Below the pieces are notes generated by a model. That model saw only the letters and a list, made by a program, of their open reading frames with translations. It was not told the origin of the DNA and searched no databases. Below, in pieces: positions 27,648-37,735 of a DNA stretch of 64,000 nt. This stretch comes from an uncultured Verrucomicrobiota bacterium (GTDB lineage: Bacteria; Verrucomicrobiota; Kiritimatiellia; CAIQIC01; Lenti-01): the NCBI GenBank assembly GCA_964436715.1, contig CAYTEK010000002.1, positions 4,282 through 68,281 of the forward strand, written 5' to 3'. The position numbers were made by a program, and so were the translations under genes. Every line of letters starts with the position of its first letter. Position 1 is the stretch's first letter.

Positions 27648-28067
27648 TCAACTCGTTGAGACCGCTGCAATTGCACAAGACGGCACGCCGCCCGTTTTCC
27701 AATCGCCGTGTTTCTGAAGGTGCTTGATCATGCCCCAGCACAATTGGGCGGACCGCACGACCAAGGCCAAGGCCTCGATGAATTGCTCCTCCGACAGATA
27801 TTTCAGATCTTTGGCAAGGTACAGCATGCTGCGTACCTCACCGGCGGAACCGCGGGCAATGAAAAGAAACTTCGCAAAATCCTTGTTGGACCCCCGCTCG
27901 AATCCTTCGGCGATGTTGTTCATAACCGATACCGCAGCCCGGCGAATCTGATCCACGAGACTGATGTCTTTCCGAAACGCATCTTGCTTCGTCAGCTCGT
28001 AAACCATATTCGCCAAGGTCCGAGCAACCTGCCAGGACTCCAATTCCTCAAATCTCCGAATCGCCAT
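27648..28067 (-). CDS. Four-helix-bundle protein (TIGR02436, '23S rRNA intervening-sequence protein' family)
   Basis: 'FEELESWQVARTLANMVYELTK...FLFIARGSAGEVRSMLYLAKDL'. GC looks noticeably lower (~50-55% by eye) than the flanks. Confidence 0.65.
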   Translation of the reverse strand: MAIRRFEELESWQVARTLANMVYELTKQDAFRKDISLVDQIRRAAVSVMNNIAEGFERGSNKDFAKFLFIARGSAGEVRSMLYLAKDLKYLSEEQFIEALALVVRSAQLCWGMIKHLQKHGDWKTGGVPSCAIAAVSTS

Positions 28068-28121
28068 TCCCAACTCCACTCGATTTCCACGATTCAAACG
28101 ATTTCAACGCCTTCAACGATT

Positions 28122-28694
28122 TCATGCGCTTTCCACTTTCCGCATCCGCAGGAATTTCGCCGGATTCCCGCCCACGATCTGTCCGGGGGGCACGTCGTGC
28201 AGCACGACGGCGCGCACGCCGGCGACGGCGTCGGTCCCGATTTCCACGCCGGGATGGACGTAGGCCTCGGCGCAAACCCAGGCCCCGGCGCCGATCTTCA
28301 CGGGCGCCACGACCAGCGGCATGTTCGGATGGTCCACGTCGTGCGTGGCCGTGCACAGGAACGCGCGCTGGCTGACGGTGGCATGGGCGCCGATTTCGAT
28401 GCGCCCGACGGAATACACGTCCACGCCGGCGCCGAGGGTCGCGCAATCGCCCAGCGCGAGATTCCACGGCGCCCAGATTTTCGCGGACGGCATGATCTGC
28501 GCCCCGCGTCCCACCTGCGCGCCGAACAGCCGCAGCAGCGCGCGGCGCGGCGCGTGCCAAAACCAGGGCGACGGCCGGAACAGCAGGAGCCAAGCCGCCT
28601 GCCACAGCAGACGCGCCGCCTTGTTGGCGGACGAGTGCGGACTGGGGCAGGCCGCGCGATCCACCCGAATTCGAGACGATGCCGTGTCAGCCAT
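28122..28694 (-). CDS. Hexapeptide-repeat acetyltransferase (WcaF-like, colanic-acid-type)
   Basis: Left-handed beta-helix repeats 'IGAHATVSQRAFLCTATHDVDH...VKIGAGAWVCAEAYVHPGVEIG' with a 'GNPAKFLRMR' ending. Confidence 0.7.
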   Translation of the reverse strand: MADTASSRIRVDRAACPSPHSSANKAARLLWQAAWLLLFRPSPWFWHAPRRALLRLFGAQVGRGAQIMPSAKIWAPWNLALGDCATLGAGVDVYSVGRIEIGAHATVSQRAFLCTATHDVDHPNMPLVVAPVKIGAGAWVCAEAYVHPGVEIGTDAVAGVRAVVLHDVPPGQIVGGNPAKFLRMRKVESA

Positions 28695-29766
28695 GGGAAT
28701 CCTTCCGCTCCAGCGTTTGTTCGTACCATTCCAGCAGGGATCGCCCCAGCGAAGCAACGTCAAAAGCAGCGGCGCGGGCCTGGCCCGCCGCGATCAGGCG
28801 CTGCCGCCGGACCTCGTCCGCCAACAGCGTCCGGCACTGCGCCGCCAGCGCGGCCGGATCGGACGCCGGCGCGGCGAGCGCGGCCGCGCCCGCCACTTCG
28901 ACCAGCGCCGGCGCCGTCGAGCACACGACCGGACAACCGGCCGCCATGGCTTCGATCACGGGCATGCCGTAGCCTTCGTCCAAGCTGGGAACCAGGAACA
29001 GCGTCGCCCGGCGATAGAGACCGTGCAGCGCCGCGTCGGCCACGGGGCCGACGAAATGCACGCGGGCCAGGCGCGCGGCCGCCGCGCGCCATTCCGGAGG
29101 GGGCGGCGGACCGACCATGACCAGATGCAGGTCGCGCCGCTCGCCCAGGCGGGCGAACACCTCCAAAACGCCCGCGCGGTTCTTGTAGGCCGCGTTGTTG
29201 CCGACGTGGAGCATGAAACGCGCCGGCGGCTCCAGCCCCGGAATCGCGACCGGCGCCGGCGGCGGCAGAGGCCGCGGCGGATGCGGCGCGACGATCACGC
29301 CGGCCGTTCTGCCCGCCAGGCGTTCCAGGTCTCGCCGCGTCGCCTGGGACACGGCGCACAAGCCGGCGCAATCCTCCAGCGCGCGCACGCCGCGGCGGAT
29401 CAGCCAAGCGGCCGCCGCGCTGGGGCGCCCCGGCAATTCCCCGCGCAGCTGCAACAGCGGAATCAGGTCGTGGACCGTGACGAGGCTGCGGCGCCGCGAC
29501 GCCGGGGGAATGAACGCGGCCATCGAACCGTCCAGCCAGTGGTGGAGATCGGCGGACTGCGCCGCAAGGACCCGCCGCGCGTTGCGCAGGCGCCAGAAGT
29601 GGTGCCGCCACATGGAAGCGCCGCCGCGCGGATCGAACAGATCGCAGGTCGCGAACTCCCAGCCGTCCGCCAGCGGTTCGACGGCCTGCCGCACCAAATC
29701 GGCATAGGCCGCCATGCTGCCCGGCACGTTCGGCGGCGCCGTGCGGATCCATGCGAGGCGCTTCAC
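28687..29766 (-). CDS. Glycosyltransferase family 4
   Basis: 'SLDEGYGMPVIEAMAAGCPVVCS' GT4 motif. GTG start at 29766 forms a GTGA overlap with the upstream Wzy-like gene stop. Confidence 0.7.
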   Translation of the reverse strand: MKRLAWIRTAPPNVPGSMAAYADLVRQAVEPLADGWEFATCDLFDPRGGASMWRHHFWRLRNARRVLAAQSADLHHWLDGSMAAFIPPASRRRSLVTVHDLIPLLQLRGELPGRPSAAAAWLIRRGVRALEDCAGLCAVSQATRRDLERLAGRTAGVIVAPHPPRPLPPPAPVAIPGLEPPARFMLHVGNNAAYKNRAGVLEVFARLGERRDLHLVMVGPPPPPEWRAAAARLARVHFVGPVADAALHGLYRRATLFLVPSLDEGYGMPVIEAMAAGCPVVCSTAPALVEVAGAAALAAPASDPAALAAQCRTLLADEVRRQRLIAAGQARAAAFDVASLGRSLLEWYEQTLERKDSHG

Positions 29767-31127
29767 GGAAACCGCTCCGTTTTCGCCGGCGGCGCAGCAA
29801 CCCCGCGCGCGTCGGACAACAACAAACCGGTCAGGAACGCCAGCAGGAACGCGACCAAGGGATCGCCGAAAATCTGGGCGGACACCACCGACGACGCCAC
29901 GTTGGCCACCAAGATCGAAAAGATGCCTGCCGTCAGGAAGAACGAATCCCGTCCCTGCCCCAGGCGCACCACGTGGTAGGCCGTGATGAACATCACCACG
30001 CCCAAGATCAGGTAAAGCACGTTGCCCGGCACGCCGACCTCCGCGACGATCTTGCTGGGGCCGCTCTCCTGCCACAGTCGCGGCGTTTCCACGTTGGGGA
30101 TGTTGTGCACCCCCTGCTGGGACATGCCCAGTCCGTAGCCCCAGAAGCCGGCTTGGTTGATCGTGGTGACGACGGAATGGAACCCGTGGGCCTCGACGCG
30201 TTCCTCCACGTCGGCGAACGTGCTGACGTAGAAGCGTTCGAGCGCTTCGTTGTGGACCATCGACGAAATCAGATACCACCCCAGGCCGACGATCATCGCC
30301 GTCATGCCGCAGACGGACAGGATGCGCTGGACGTTCTTGAAACGGAACACGAGCAGCGCGTAGCCGCCCAGGAAAATCGGAATCATCGACAGCATCTTGC
30401 GACGGCCGCACAGCCAGATGTTCAGGATGCCCCAGATCGCCACCGCGATCCACAGCCAGCGCGCCGGCCCCTTGGCGCGCAGCGCCAGCACGACCGCCAC
30501 CATGAACAGCAGCGCGGCGTGCCAGCCCATCACGTCGGGACCGCGGAAAAATCCGGACAACATGTGCACGGCTTCGCCCGTCCGGTGCGTGACCCAGACC
30601 GCGCCCATCATTTCCGTGCCGACGATCGGCCGGCAAAACGGCAAGTCGAACGCCTCCAGCGGGCCGCCGATCAGCATCAGGGACGCGGCGACGGCATAGA
30701 AGACCAGGAAGGCGCCGATGCCGCCGGACCGGTCCGGATACCGCCAGCCGGCCACCAACACGCAGAACATGGTGGCGTAGACGAACGCCCCCAGCAGCGT
30801 GATCATCCACGAATTGCGGCCGTAGGTGGCGGAAATGGCCGCCGGAATGACCAAGTAGGCGGCGAAGATTTTCGCCCACAACCCGAACCGGGGAAAACAG
30901 GCGAAGAAACGATCGAACCGCAGTTGTCCGGAAAACGCGGCCGAGCCCATGGCGCACAGCCAGATGGGCGCCGAGGCCATGACCAGATAGGCCGGCGCGC
31001 CAGGAATGACCTTTCGCAGCGGATCCTGCAACAAACCCACCGCGATGGCCGCCAGCACGCCCCAGCGCCAGTTGAACAGCGCGACCAAGCAGCCGGCGAT
31101 CACCAACGCGATCATTCCGTTCAGCAT
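29763..31127 (-). CDS. O-antigen ligase/polymerase family membrane protein (Wzy-like), copy 1
   Basis: Ten or more TM helices and a periplasmic loop 'HNEALERFYVSTFADVEERVEAHGFHSVVTTINQAGFWGYGLG' typical of the Wzy_C domain. Confidence 0.7.
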   Translation of the reverse strand: MLNGMIALVIAGCLVALFNWRWGVLAAIAVGLLQDPLRKVIPGAPAYLVMASAPIWLCAMGSAAFSGQLRFDRFFACFPRFGLWAKIFAAYLVIPAAISATYGRNSWMITLLGAFVYATMFCVLVAGWRYPDRSGGIGAFLVFYAVAASLMLIGGPLEAFDLPFCRPIVGTEMMGAVWVTHRTGEAVHMLSGFFRGPDVMGWHAALLFMVAVVLALRAKGPARWLWIAVAIWGILNIWLCGRRKMLSMIPIFLGGYALLVFRFKNVQRILSVCGMTAMIVGLGWYLISSMVHNEALERFYVSTFADVEERVEAHGFHSVVTTINQAGFWGYGLGMSQQGVHNIPNVETPRLWQESGPSKIVAEVGVPGNVLYLILGVVMFITAYHVVRLGQGRDSFFLTAGIFSILVANVASSVVSAQIFGDPLVAFLLAFLTGLLLSDARGVAAPPAKTERFP

Positions 31128-32305
31128 GCGCGCCCCCCTTCGGCGACCTGCTGGACCGCCGCCACGATGCCTGCGGCCGCCGCCTCGAGTCCGAACGCGC
31201 CCACGCGCGCCGCGGCCGCCCGCCCTTCCCGCGCCGCGCGGCCGGGATCCCCCGCGTAGCCGTCCAGGATTTCCGCCAGCGCGACGACGTCCCCGCCTTC
31301 GAACGCGCGGCCCGTCTCGTTTTCGACGACGAGATCCGCGCAACAGCCCGCCGCGCGCGAAACGACGGCGGGCCGGCCGGAGGCCATGGCTTCGTTCACG
31401 ACCAAGCCCCAGGTTTCGCCGGCGTCGGACGGCAGCACGAGCGCATCGGCGGCGGCATAGGCGTCGGGCAGGCGCGATTGATTGAGAAATCCCGCGAACG
31501 AAACCGGCAGGTTCCGTTCGCGCGCCAGGCGCTCGCACGCGCCGCGCAGCGGCCCCTCCCCCGCCACCAGCACGTGGACGCGCGCGCGACGATCCGCCGG
31601 CAGGCGCGCAAGGGCTTCCAGCAAATCGGCCGGGCGCTTCTTCGCTTCCAATTTGCCGGCAAACAGGAAAACGACGGCCTCCGCGGGCAAGCCGAATCCC
31701 GCGCGCAAATCGGCGCGCCGCCCGGCGCGCGCCGCGGCCTGCGCGGCGAAGAAATCGTTGTCCACCGCATACGGCGACCAAAAGATGCGGTTTTCGGGAC
31801 GGCGATGGAAGCGGTAGAAGTCGCGATTGGCCGACCCGATGGCGAGGAAGGCGTCGTATTGCCGCAGCAGCAGTCCGTGCAACGCATGCTTCCACGCGGC
31901 GCGCGGCCGCAGCAAGTTCGCCTCGCCCCGCACCAGGCACGGAATGCCGAGCCGCCGGCAGGCCCAGAGCGCCTGCAGGCAGGTTTTCGCGACCCAGCCG
32001 TTCACCAGCACGGCGTCCGGTCGCAGTTCCCGCAGGCGCCGCGCGAGGCCCGGCGTGTCGCAGCCGCCAAACGTCGTCGCGGACGGCCGGCGGGCCCGGT
32101 TTTCCAGCACTTCGCTGCGGTAGCCCTCGCGCAAGGGCACGTCCCACGCGAACGGCACGCCGAAGCCGGCGCCCTGCTGCGCGGGGTCGGGTTCCAGCGC
32201 ATAGAGCACCGTCAGGTCGAGGCGTGGATCCGCCGCCAGTTTCCGGAACAAGGGCGCCTTGTACTGGATCGGATGCGTTTCGACGATGACGAGGCGGTGC
32301 GGCAT
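31121..32305 (-). CDS. Glycosyltransferase family 4
   Basis: 'VLPSDAGETWGLVVNEAMASGRPAVVS' GT4 motif. Alternative start at 32317. Confidence 0.75.
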   Translation of the reverse strand: MPHRLVIVETHPIQYKAPLFRKLAADPRLDLTVLYALEPDPAQQGAGFGVPFAWDVPLREGYRSEVLENRARRPSATTFGGCDTPGLARRLRELRPDAVLVNGWVAKTCLQALWACRRLGIPCLVRGEANLLRPRAAWKHALHGLLLRQYDAFLAIGSANRDFYRFHRRPENRIFWSPYAVDNDFFAAQAAARAGRRADLRAGFGLPAEAVVFLFAGKLEAKKRPADLLEALARLPADRRARVHVLVAGEGPLRGACERLARERNLPVSFAGFLNQSRLPDAYAAADALVLPSDAGETWGLVVNEAMASGRPAVVSRAAGCCADLVVENETGRAFEGGDVVALAEILDGYAGDPGRAAREGRAAAARVGAFGLEAAAAGIVAAVQQVAEGGRAC

Positions 32306-32310
32306 GGGTC

Positions 32311-33174
32311 CTACCATAGGTTCAACAGGCGCCGGATGCCAGTCGCGATCATGCGCCGGCGCGCGCGGGAATCCGGCACGTTGCGCAGCGTGCCGGGCTC
32401 GATGAATCGGCCCGCGAGCAGGCGCGCCGCGCCCAGCAGCTTGGCGCGGAGCCGATATCCCCCATAGCGCAACCGGCTGCCGCGGGCATATGGCGGCAGG
32501 AAATGCAAGGGACCCCACAGCACGTCGGCCTGGTGGGAACCCTTCATCCCCATGCCGGCCAAGGCGTGTTCCGGATTGGGAATTCCGCCGTGTTCGCCGT
32601 ATTGGCGCGCGGGAAAGAACGAAAGCATTCCTTTTTTCCGAAGCTCGAATTGCAGATAGGTGTCCCAAGGCGCAAGCATTTCGGGGCCATGCCGCGCCAA
32701 TTCCGCATCCGCGAATGCGACCAGCGCCTGGGCGATCTCGGGCCCCATGACGCCCGCCACCATCGTGCAGGCGTGGCCTCGCAGATAGCCGCCGGGCCAC
32801 CCCTCGTACAACCGCGGACCGCCGGCGTACAGCCACGCCCAAGCTCGATTCCGCAGTTCCGGCGGAAACGGCAGCGGCAACGAGCCGAGGCCCCGGCACG
32901 GCACAAAGTCCGCTTCCACCACCATCCACAAGCCATCTTGCGCGGCGCAACGCGCCCAAGCCCCGCGGTGATTCAACAGGCAGCGCGCCACCCGGCTGAA
33001 ACCCATTTCCCGGTCGGTGTAGGTCGGCCGCAGCACCTCGACGCAAAAGCCCTCCTCCGCCAAGGCGCGCTCGAGCGCCGACGTGTCCTCGCGCCACGCC
33101 AAGATGCACGCGCGGACGACGCAATCCCGCAAAGCGGGCGGCGCTGCGGGCGACGCTGGAACCGGCGACGTCAT
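32311..33174 (-). CDS. Hypothetical protein (possible GT25-like glycosyltransferase)
   Basis: Coding-like frame with an ATGA overlap to the upstream GT2. No confident motif match. Confidence 0.4.
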   Translation of the reverse strand: MTSPVPASPAAPPALRDCVVRACILAWREDTSALERALAEEGFCVEVLRPTYTDREMGFSRVARCLLNHRGAWARCAAQDGLWMVVEADFVPCRGLGSLPLPFPPELRNRAWAWLYAGGPRLYEGWPGGYLRGHACTMVAGVMGPEIAQALVAFADAELARHGPEMLAPWDTYLQFELRKKGMLSFFPARQYGEHGGIPNPEHALAGMGMKGSHQADVLWGPLHFLPPYARGSRLRYGGYRLRAKLLGAARLLAGRFIEPGTLRNVPDSRARRRMIATGIRRLLNLW

Positions 33175-34106
33175 GCGCCGGCGCTCTCCAGCAAGCGCGG
33201 GCCGCGGCGATGCAGGCGCAGGGCCAAGGCCAAGGCGCGCAGTTCGCCGACGAACTTAACCGGAATCCACCACGGATGCAGCAAATGGAACCGGGTCCGC
33301 ACCTCCCGGAAGGGACGCCGCAGCAGGTAGCGCATCCGCAGCCAGCCCCGCCCGCAGCGGAGCGCGAAATAATAATCCCCTACGCCGTGGGCCGGCGAAG
33401 CCGACGTCAGATGGCTGCCCGTCGTGCGGGTGCCGCCGCGCGCCGCGCGCAGATGATGGACCGTCGCCGCCGGCTCGAAGCGCAGGCGGCCGCCGGCGCG
33501 GCACAGCCGCGCGCAGAATTCGGCGTCGAAGCGATAGGAAACGGGCGGCAGGAAATTTTCGTCGAAGCCGCCGACCGCCAGCGCCGCGGCGCGACGGAAC
33601 GACAGGTTGCCGGACATGCCGTTTTGCACCCAGGCGGCCGCGGCGGAGCTGAAATCGAAATCCTGCGCGGCGAGCGGATCGCCGGAATCCACGTGGACGT
33701 AGCCGATCCGCGGAGCCTGCCCCGGCTGCAGGACTTGGCCGGCCACGCCGACGACGGCCGCGTCGGCGTAGCACCGGGCGTGCGCGCCGACGAACGCCGG
33801 CTCCACCTCGACGTCGTCGTCCAGGCAGAGCACGATTTCCTGCGTGGCGCAGCGGAGGCCGCGGTTCAGCGCCTGTGGCTGCGACGGTTCGGCGATCCGG
33901 ATCCAGCGGATGCGGCCGGCGGCGTGCCAGTCCCGCAGGCGCGCGTCCGTGGCGGGCTCGTGGACGCTCGTCTGGTCGAGCACGAGGATTTCCGCGGCGG
34001 CCGGCCGTTGAGCCAGCAGTTGTTCGACCGTCCGCACCAGCACGGCCTCGCGCCCGTACGTGGGAATCGCCACGCTGACCGGAACGACTCGGGGGGCTGC
34101 GTCCAT
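33171..34106 (-). CDS. Glycosyltransferase family 2
   Basis: 'VSVAIPTYGREAVL...ILVLDQTS' and the 'LCLDDDVEV' DXD motif. Confidence 0.7.
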   Translation of the reverse strand: MDAAPRVVPVSVAIPTYGREAVLVRTVEQLLAQRPAAAEILVLDQTSVHEPATDARLRDWHAAGRIRWIRIAEPSQPQALNRGLRCATQEIVLCLDDDVEVEPAFVGAHARCYADAAVVGVAGQVLQPGQAPRIGYVHVDSGDPLAAQDFDFSSAAAAWVQNGMSGNLSFRRAAALAVGGFDENFLPPVSYRFDAEFCARLCRAGGRLRFEPAATVHHLRAARGGTRTTGSHLTSASPAHGVGDYYFALRCGRGWLRMRYLLRRPFREVRTRFHLLHPWWIPVKFVGELRALALALRLHRRGPRLLESAGA

Positions 34107-34111
34107 CGTCG

Positions 34112-34993
34112 TCACCCGCGCCGGGCCACGGCCCAAAAGGTGCAAACCGGCGGCCGTTCGCCCAAAGCTGCCAGGAACGCGGCCGGATCCGCGATCCGCC
34201 GCACGGGATCGCGACCCAGATACCGCACGGCGAACTTGCCGAACGGCGACAGACGGGCTTCGGCGTTTTCATAGAGTTCGACCGCTTTGTAATCGGCCCG
34301 CAGCCGCTCCACGACGCCCCGCGCCGTATCGCCATACGCCCCCAGCATGTGCGGGTGGACCTCCATGAAAATGGTCGGCCGCCCGCGGCGCAGCACCTCG
34401 CGGCTGCCCGCCAAAACGCGCCCTTCATAACCCTCGACGTCGATCTTGAGGAAATCAACGCGGCGCGCGCCGATGATTTCGTCCAGCGGCAGAAGCGGCA
34501 CTTGGTAGACGGAGGAGGCCGCGTTGCCGATGCCGCCGTTGATTCCCGCCCGGAACCCGACGGTGCCCGCGCCGGCGCCGACCGCCACTTCGCGCAATTC
34601 GACGTTGCGAAATCCGTTTTCCGCGATATTTCGCTTCAGCTCCGGGAGGTTTTCCGCGGAAGGCTCGATGGCCACCACGCTGCCGGTCGGACCCGTCAGC
34701 TTCTCGAAGAGCAGGAGATAATAGCCAATGTTCGCGCCCACGTCGACGACCGCGCCGCCCGGCGGCACGAGGCGCGACAGCAGAAAACGTTCGCCGATGA
34801 ACCGTTCGCCTTCAAGATACAGCAACCGCTGAGCCGACGACCGGGAAACGTCGATCGCCAGGCGGGATCCGAACAGCGGCCGGCGCAAGATGCAAGGCGA
34901 CGGCACGCCGGCGAACGCGCGCTCGGCCCGCGGCAGGGCGCGGAACCGCTGGATCCAGAACGCAAACCGCAATCCCGCGAATCGCGCCGCCAT
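34112..34993 (-). CDS. FkbM-family SAM-dependent methyltransferase
   Basis: 'VVDVGANIGYYLL...VVAIEPSAENLPEL...VDFLKIDVEGYE' are the FkbM/TIGR01444 motifs. Confidence 0.75.
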   Translation of the reverse strand: MAARFAGLRFAFWIQRFRALPRAERAFAGVPSPCILRRPLFGSRLAIDVSRSSAQRLLYLEGERFIGERFLLSRLVPPGGAVVDVGANIGYYLLLFEKLTGPTGSVVAIEPSAENLPELKRNIAENGFRNVELREVAVGAGAGTVGFRAGINGGIGNAASSVYQVPLLPLDEIIGARRVDFLKIDVEGYEGRVLAGSREVLRRGRPTIFMEVHPHMLGAYGDTARGVVERLRADYKAVELYENAEARLSPFGKFAVRYLGRDPVRRIADPAAFLAALGERPPVCTFWAVARRG

Positions 34994-34996
34994 CGC

Positions 34997-35551
34997 TCAC
35001 GCCCTCCGCCCAATGGGCTTGGCGGGCACGCCGCCCACGATCGCGTAGGGCTCCACGTCGCGATTGACCACGGCCCCGGCGGCGACGACGGCGCCTGCGC
35101 CGATCGTCACGCCGCACAGCACGACCGCGTTGGCGCCGATCCACACGTCGTCGCCGATGACCACTTCCGCCGCCTCGCAGGGTTGCCGGAAGATGGGCAA
35201 ACCCCGCGCCAGCGCGTGGGAGTGGTCGGTGATGAACACGCCGGGCGCGATCAGCGCACCTTTGCCGATCGTCACCCGGCGGCTGACTTCGATCTCCGTG
35301 CCGCGGCCGATGAAGGTGTACTCGCCGATCCGCAGGCACGCGTCGGGATCGCCCACGTTCAGCCACACGTCCGACTGGAGCATGCAGCGCGCACCGAGAT
35401 GCACCGTCCACGGATGCTCGAGGCGCGTGCCGCGGCCCAGCAGGCATTTGGGATGCACATCCGCGCCTTGCCAGCGGTACAGATGCGCGCGCAGGCGGGC
35501 GAACGCGATGCGGAGCGTTTCCCGCACCCGATAGATGAACCGAGCGATCAT
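34997..35551 (-). CDS. Hexapeptide-repeat (LbH) O-acetyltransferase (WbbJ/maltose acetyltransferase-like)
   Basis: 'IGDDVWIGANAVVLCGVTIGAGAVVAAGAVVNRDVEPYAIVGGVPAKPI'. GGAGA RBS. ATGA overlap with the upstream GT4. Confidence 0.75.
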   Translation of the reverse strand: MIARFIYRVRETLRIAFARLRAHLYRWQGADVHPKCLLGRGTRLEHPWTVHLGARCMLQSDVWLNVGDPDACLRIGEYTFIGRGTEIEVSRRVTIGKGALIAPGVFITDHSHALARGLPIFRQPCEAAEVVIGDDVWIGANAVVLCGVTIGAGAVVAAGAVVNRDVEPYAIVGGVPAKPIGRRA

Positions 35552-36732
35552 GGCGTTCTCCTTCCGGATGGTTGGGACAGCAGTTTCTCGTAGAACGACT
35601 CGGTTTCGGCCGCCACGCGTTCCCAGGAATGCGCCGCGGCGGTTTGCGCCGCTGCCGCCGAAACTCGGGCGGCCTGTTCGGGATGGCGCCACCAATTCCG
35701 CACGGCCGCCACGACGTCCGCGGCGGAATTGAAAGGCACCAAGGCGCCGTTTTCGCCCGGGCGCAACACGTCGCGCATGCCGCCCGTCGGCGTGCCGACC
35801 ACGCACAGCCCGCGCGCCATGGCTTCCAGAAACACCTTGCCGAATCCTTCGAACAGCGACGGAAACAGGAACACGCCATGCCGGTCGTAGATTTTCGCAA
35901 GTTCCTCTTGGGCGACCCAGCCGACCAGCCGAACGCGGGAGCGAACGCGCGCATCCAGCATCGCGGCGGCGCGCGCATGGTCGGCGGACGGCACGACCCA
36001 GGTGAAAGTCGCGTCGGCATCGGCCAACAGCAAATCCGAAGCCGCGCGCGCCAAGGCATGAATGCCTTTGGCGAACGTGAATCCGCCAACGTGCAGCAGC
36101 CGTTTCACTCGCGCCGGAGACCAGGGCACCGGGGGCGCCTGCCGGAACGCAGGTGCCGGCGCTTGCGGAATGCAAGCCACTCGATCCGGCGGCACCTGCC
36201 ATTTTTCCACCAGATACTCCGCGTCGCTGGAACTGCTGACGATGGTGCCGGCGGCATATCGCGCCGCCCACCGTCCGTGTTGCGCCAGGCGCCGGTCGAT
36301 GAACCAGCCCGGCACGGCGTTCAGCGGAGCGCGGCTGCGCACGCCCAGGCTGCGCCGCCAGTTTCGGAGGACTTCTTCCATGTGGTCGTCCAGACCGTGG
36401 CTGCGATGAACCAAGACGCCCGGCCGGCGTTGGCGGAGCTGTTCCCGCGCGGCAAGCCAGCAATGGGCTTGGTTGACATGGACGACGTCGTACGCTTGTT
36501 CGCGATATTTCGCGGCGATGGCCGCCTCGTAGGCCCGCGGCAATTCGAAGACGTAGTGGAGATTCCAATGCTTGATCCGGTGCGGCAGGCCGTCCGCCCA
36601 GATTTCGTCGATGCGATGGCCGCGCCGGCGCAGCGCGTCCAGCGTCTGCCATTCCGTGCCGGCGGCGCCCGAATTCGGGTTTCGGTCGAGATCGGCCACG
36701 AACAGGATGCGCAATGCGGAGGAACTAGGCAT
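35548..36732 (-). CDS. Glycosyltransferase family 4
   Basis: 'LFPSLFEGFGKVFLEAMARGLCVVGT' GT4 motif. Confidence 0.75.
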   Translation of the reverse strand: MPSSSALRILFVADLDRNPNSGAAGTEWQTLDALRRRGHRIDEIWADGLPHRIKHWNLHYVFELPRAYEAAIAAKYREQAYDVVHVNQAHCWLAAREQLRQRRPGVLVHRSHGLDDHMEEVLRNWRRSLGVRSRAPLNAVPGWFIDRRLAQHGRWAARYAAGTIVSSSSDAEYLVEKWQVPPDRVACIPQAPAPAFRQAPPVPWSPARVKRLLHVGGFTFAKGIHALARAASDLLLADADATFTWVVPSADHARAAAMLDARVRSRVRLVGWVAQEELAKIYDRHGVFLFPSLFEGFGKVFLEAMARGLCVVGTPTGGMRDVLRPGENGALVPFNSAADVVAAVRNWWRHPEQAARVSAAAAQTAAAHSWERVAAETESFYEKLLSQPSGRRTP

Positions 36733-37735
36733 GGCGTTCCTCCTGCGGCGCCGGACGCCTCGCCAGCCGGGCGCATTGCAGCAGGCGCAGCCAATTTTTC
36801 GCGTTCCAAGGCTGGCGGCGGCAGGCCTCCCGAAAGTATTTCGCGGCCCGCGGATCGCCGTTGCGGCGCAGGGCTTCGCCGACGAAATACCAGCCGTCCG
36901 CCCGCGGGCGCGGGCGGGCCGGTTTCGCGCCCGGCGCGCGCGGCGCCGGTCGAATTGCGGCCGCGGCCTGCAAATGCGGCTCTTCGCTCGCGCCCGCGCG
37001 ACGCGCCTGGATCGCGCCGAACAGGCATTGGTGCAGCCGGCGCTGGCGTTTTCCGTTGCGCATGGAAAGACCTTCCGGAAACACGCGGCAGTGATACAGC
37101 GCGGCCGGCACGCCGGCGAATTTGCCGCGCTCGGCGAGGCGGCACCACAGGTCGCCGTCCTGACCGTAGTAGAATTGCCAACGATAGCCTCCCGCCGCCC
37201 GGTAGGCGTCCAGGCGGAACATGACCGACGGATGCGAAGTCGGCCCGTTCACGAGGTAGCCTTCGGCCGCGGTGACGGACGCCGGCGCGATCCAGACATC
37301 CGGTCCGGCGGCCACGTCTGCGGCGCCGCGCTCCACGTACAGCGGTTCCCAGGCAGGCCCGCAAAACTCGGTCCAGCAGGTGACCAGCACGACGTCCGGA
37401 TGGGCGTCGAGCACCGCCTTCTGCCGCGCCAGGCGGTCGGGCGCCATGACGTCGCCCGCGTCGATGCGGGCGACGTACGCCCCGCGCGCGGCTGCACAGC
37501 CGTCGATCAAGGCGCGGGTCAGCCCGGCGTTGGCTTTGGAAATCACGCGCAGGCGCGCCTCCCGGCGCGCGCAATCCGCCAGGATTTCGCCGACGCGCGG
37601 ATCGGTCGAACCATCGTCGACGACGATGAATTCAAAATCGCGTTCGGTCTGCGCCCAAACGCTGGCGAGCGTTTCGGGCAGGACGTCCACGTCGTTGCGG
37701 ACGCCCATGACGACGGAGATGGCCGGCGCGTTCAT
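36725..37735 (-). CDS. Glycosyltransferase family 2
   Basis: 'ISVVMGVRNDVDVL...FEFIVVDDGSTD' and the 'ARIDAGD' DXD motif. Confidence 0.7.
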   Translation of the reverse strand: MNAPAISVVMGVRNDVDVLPETLASVWAQTERDFEFIVVDDGSTDPRVGEILADCARREARLRVISKANAGLTRALIDGCAAARGAYVARIDAGDVMAPDRLARQKAVLDAHPDVVLVTCWTEFCGPAWEPLYVERGAADVAAGPDVWIAPASVTAAEGYLVNGPTSHPSVMFRLDAYRAAGGYRWQFYYGQDGDLWCRLAERGKFAGVPAALYHCRVFPEGLSMRNGKRQRRLHQCLFGAIQARRAGASEEPHLQAAAAIRPAPRAPGAKPARPRPRADGWYFVGEALRRNGDPRAAKYFREACRRQPWNAKNWLRLLQCARLARRPAPQEERHA

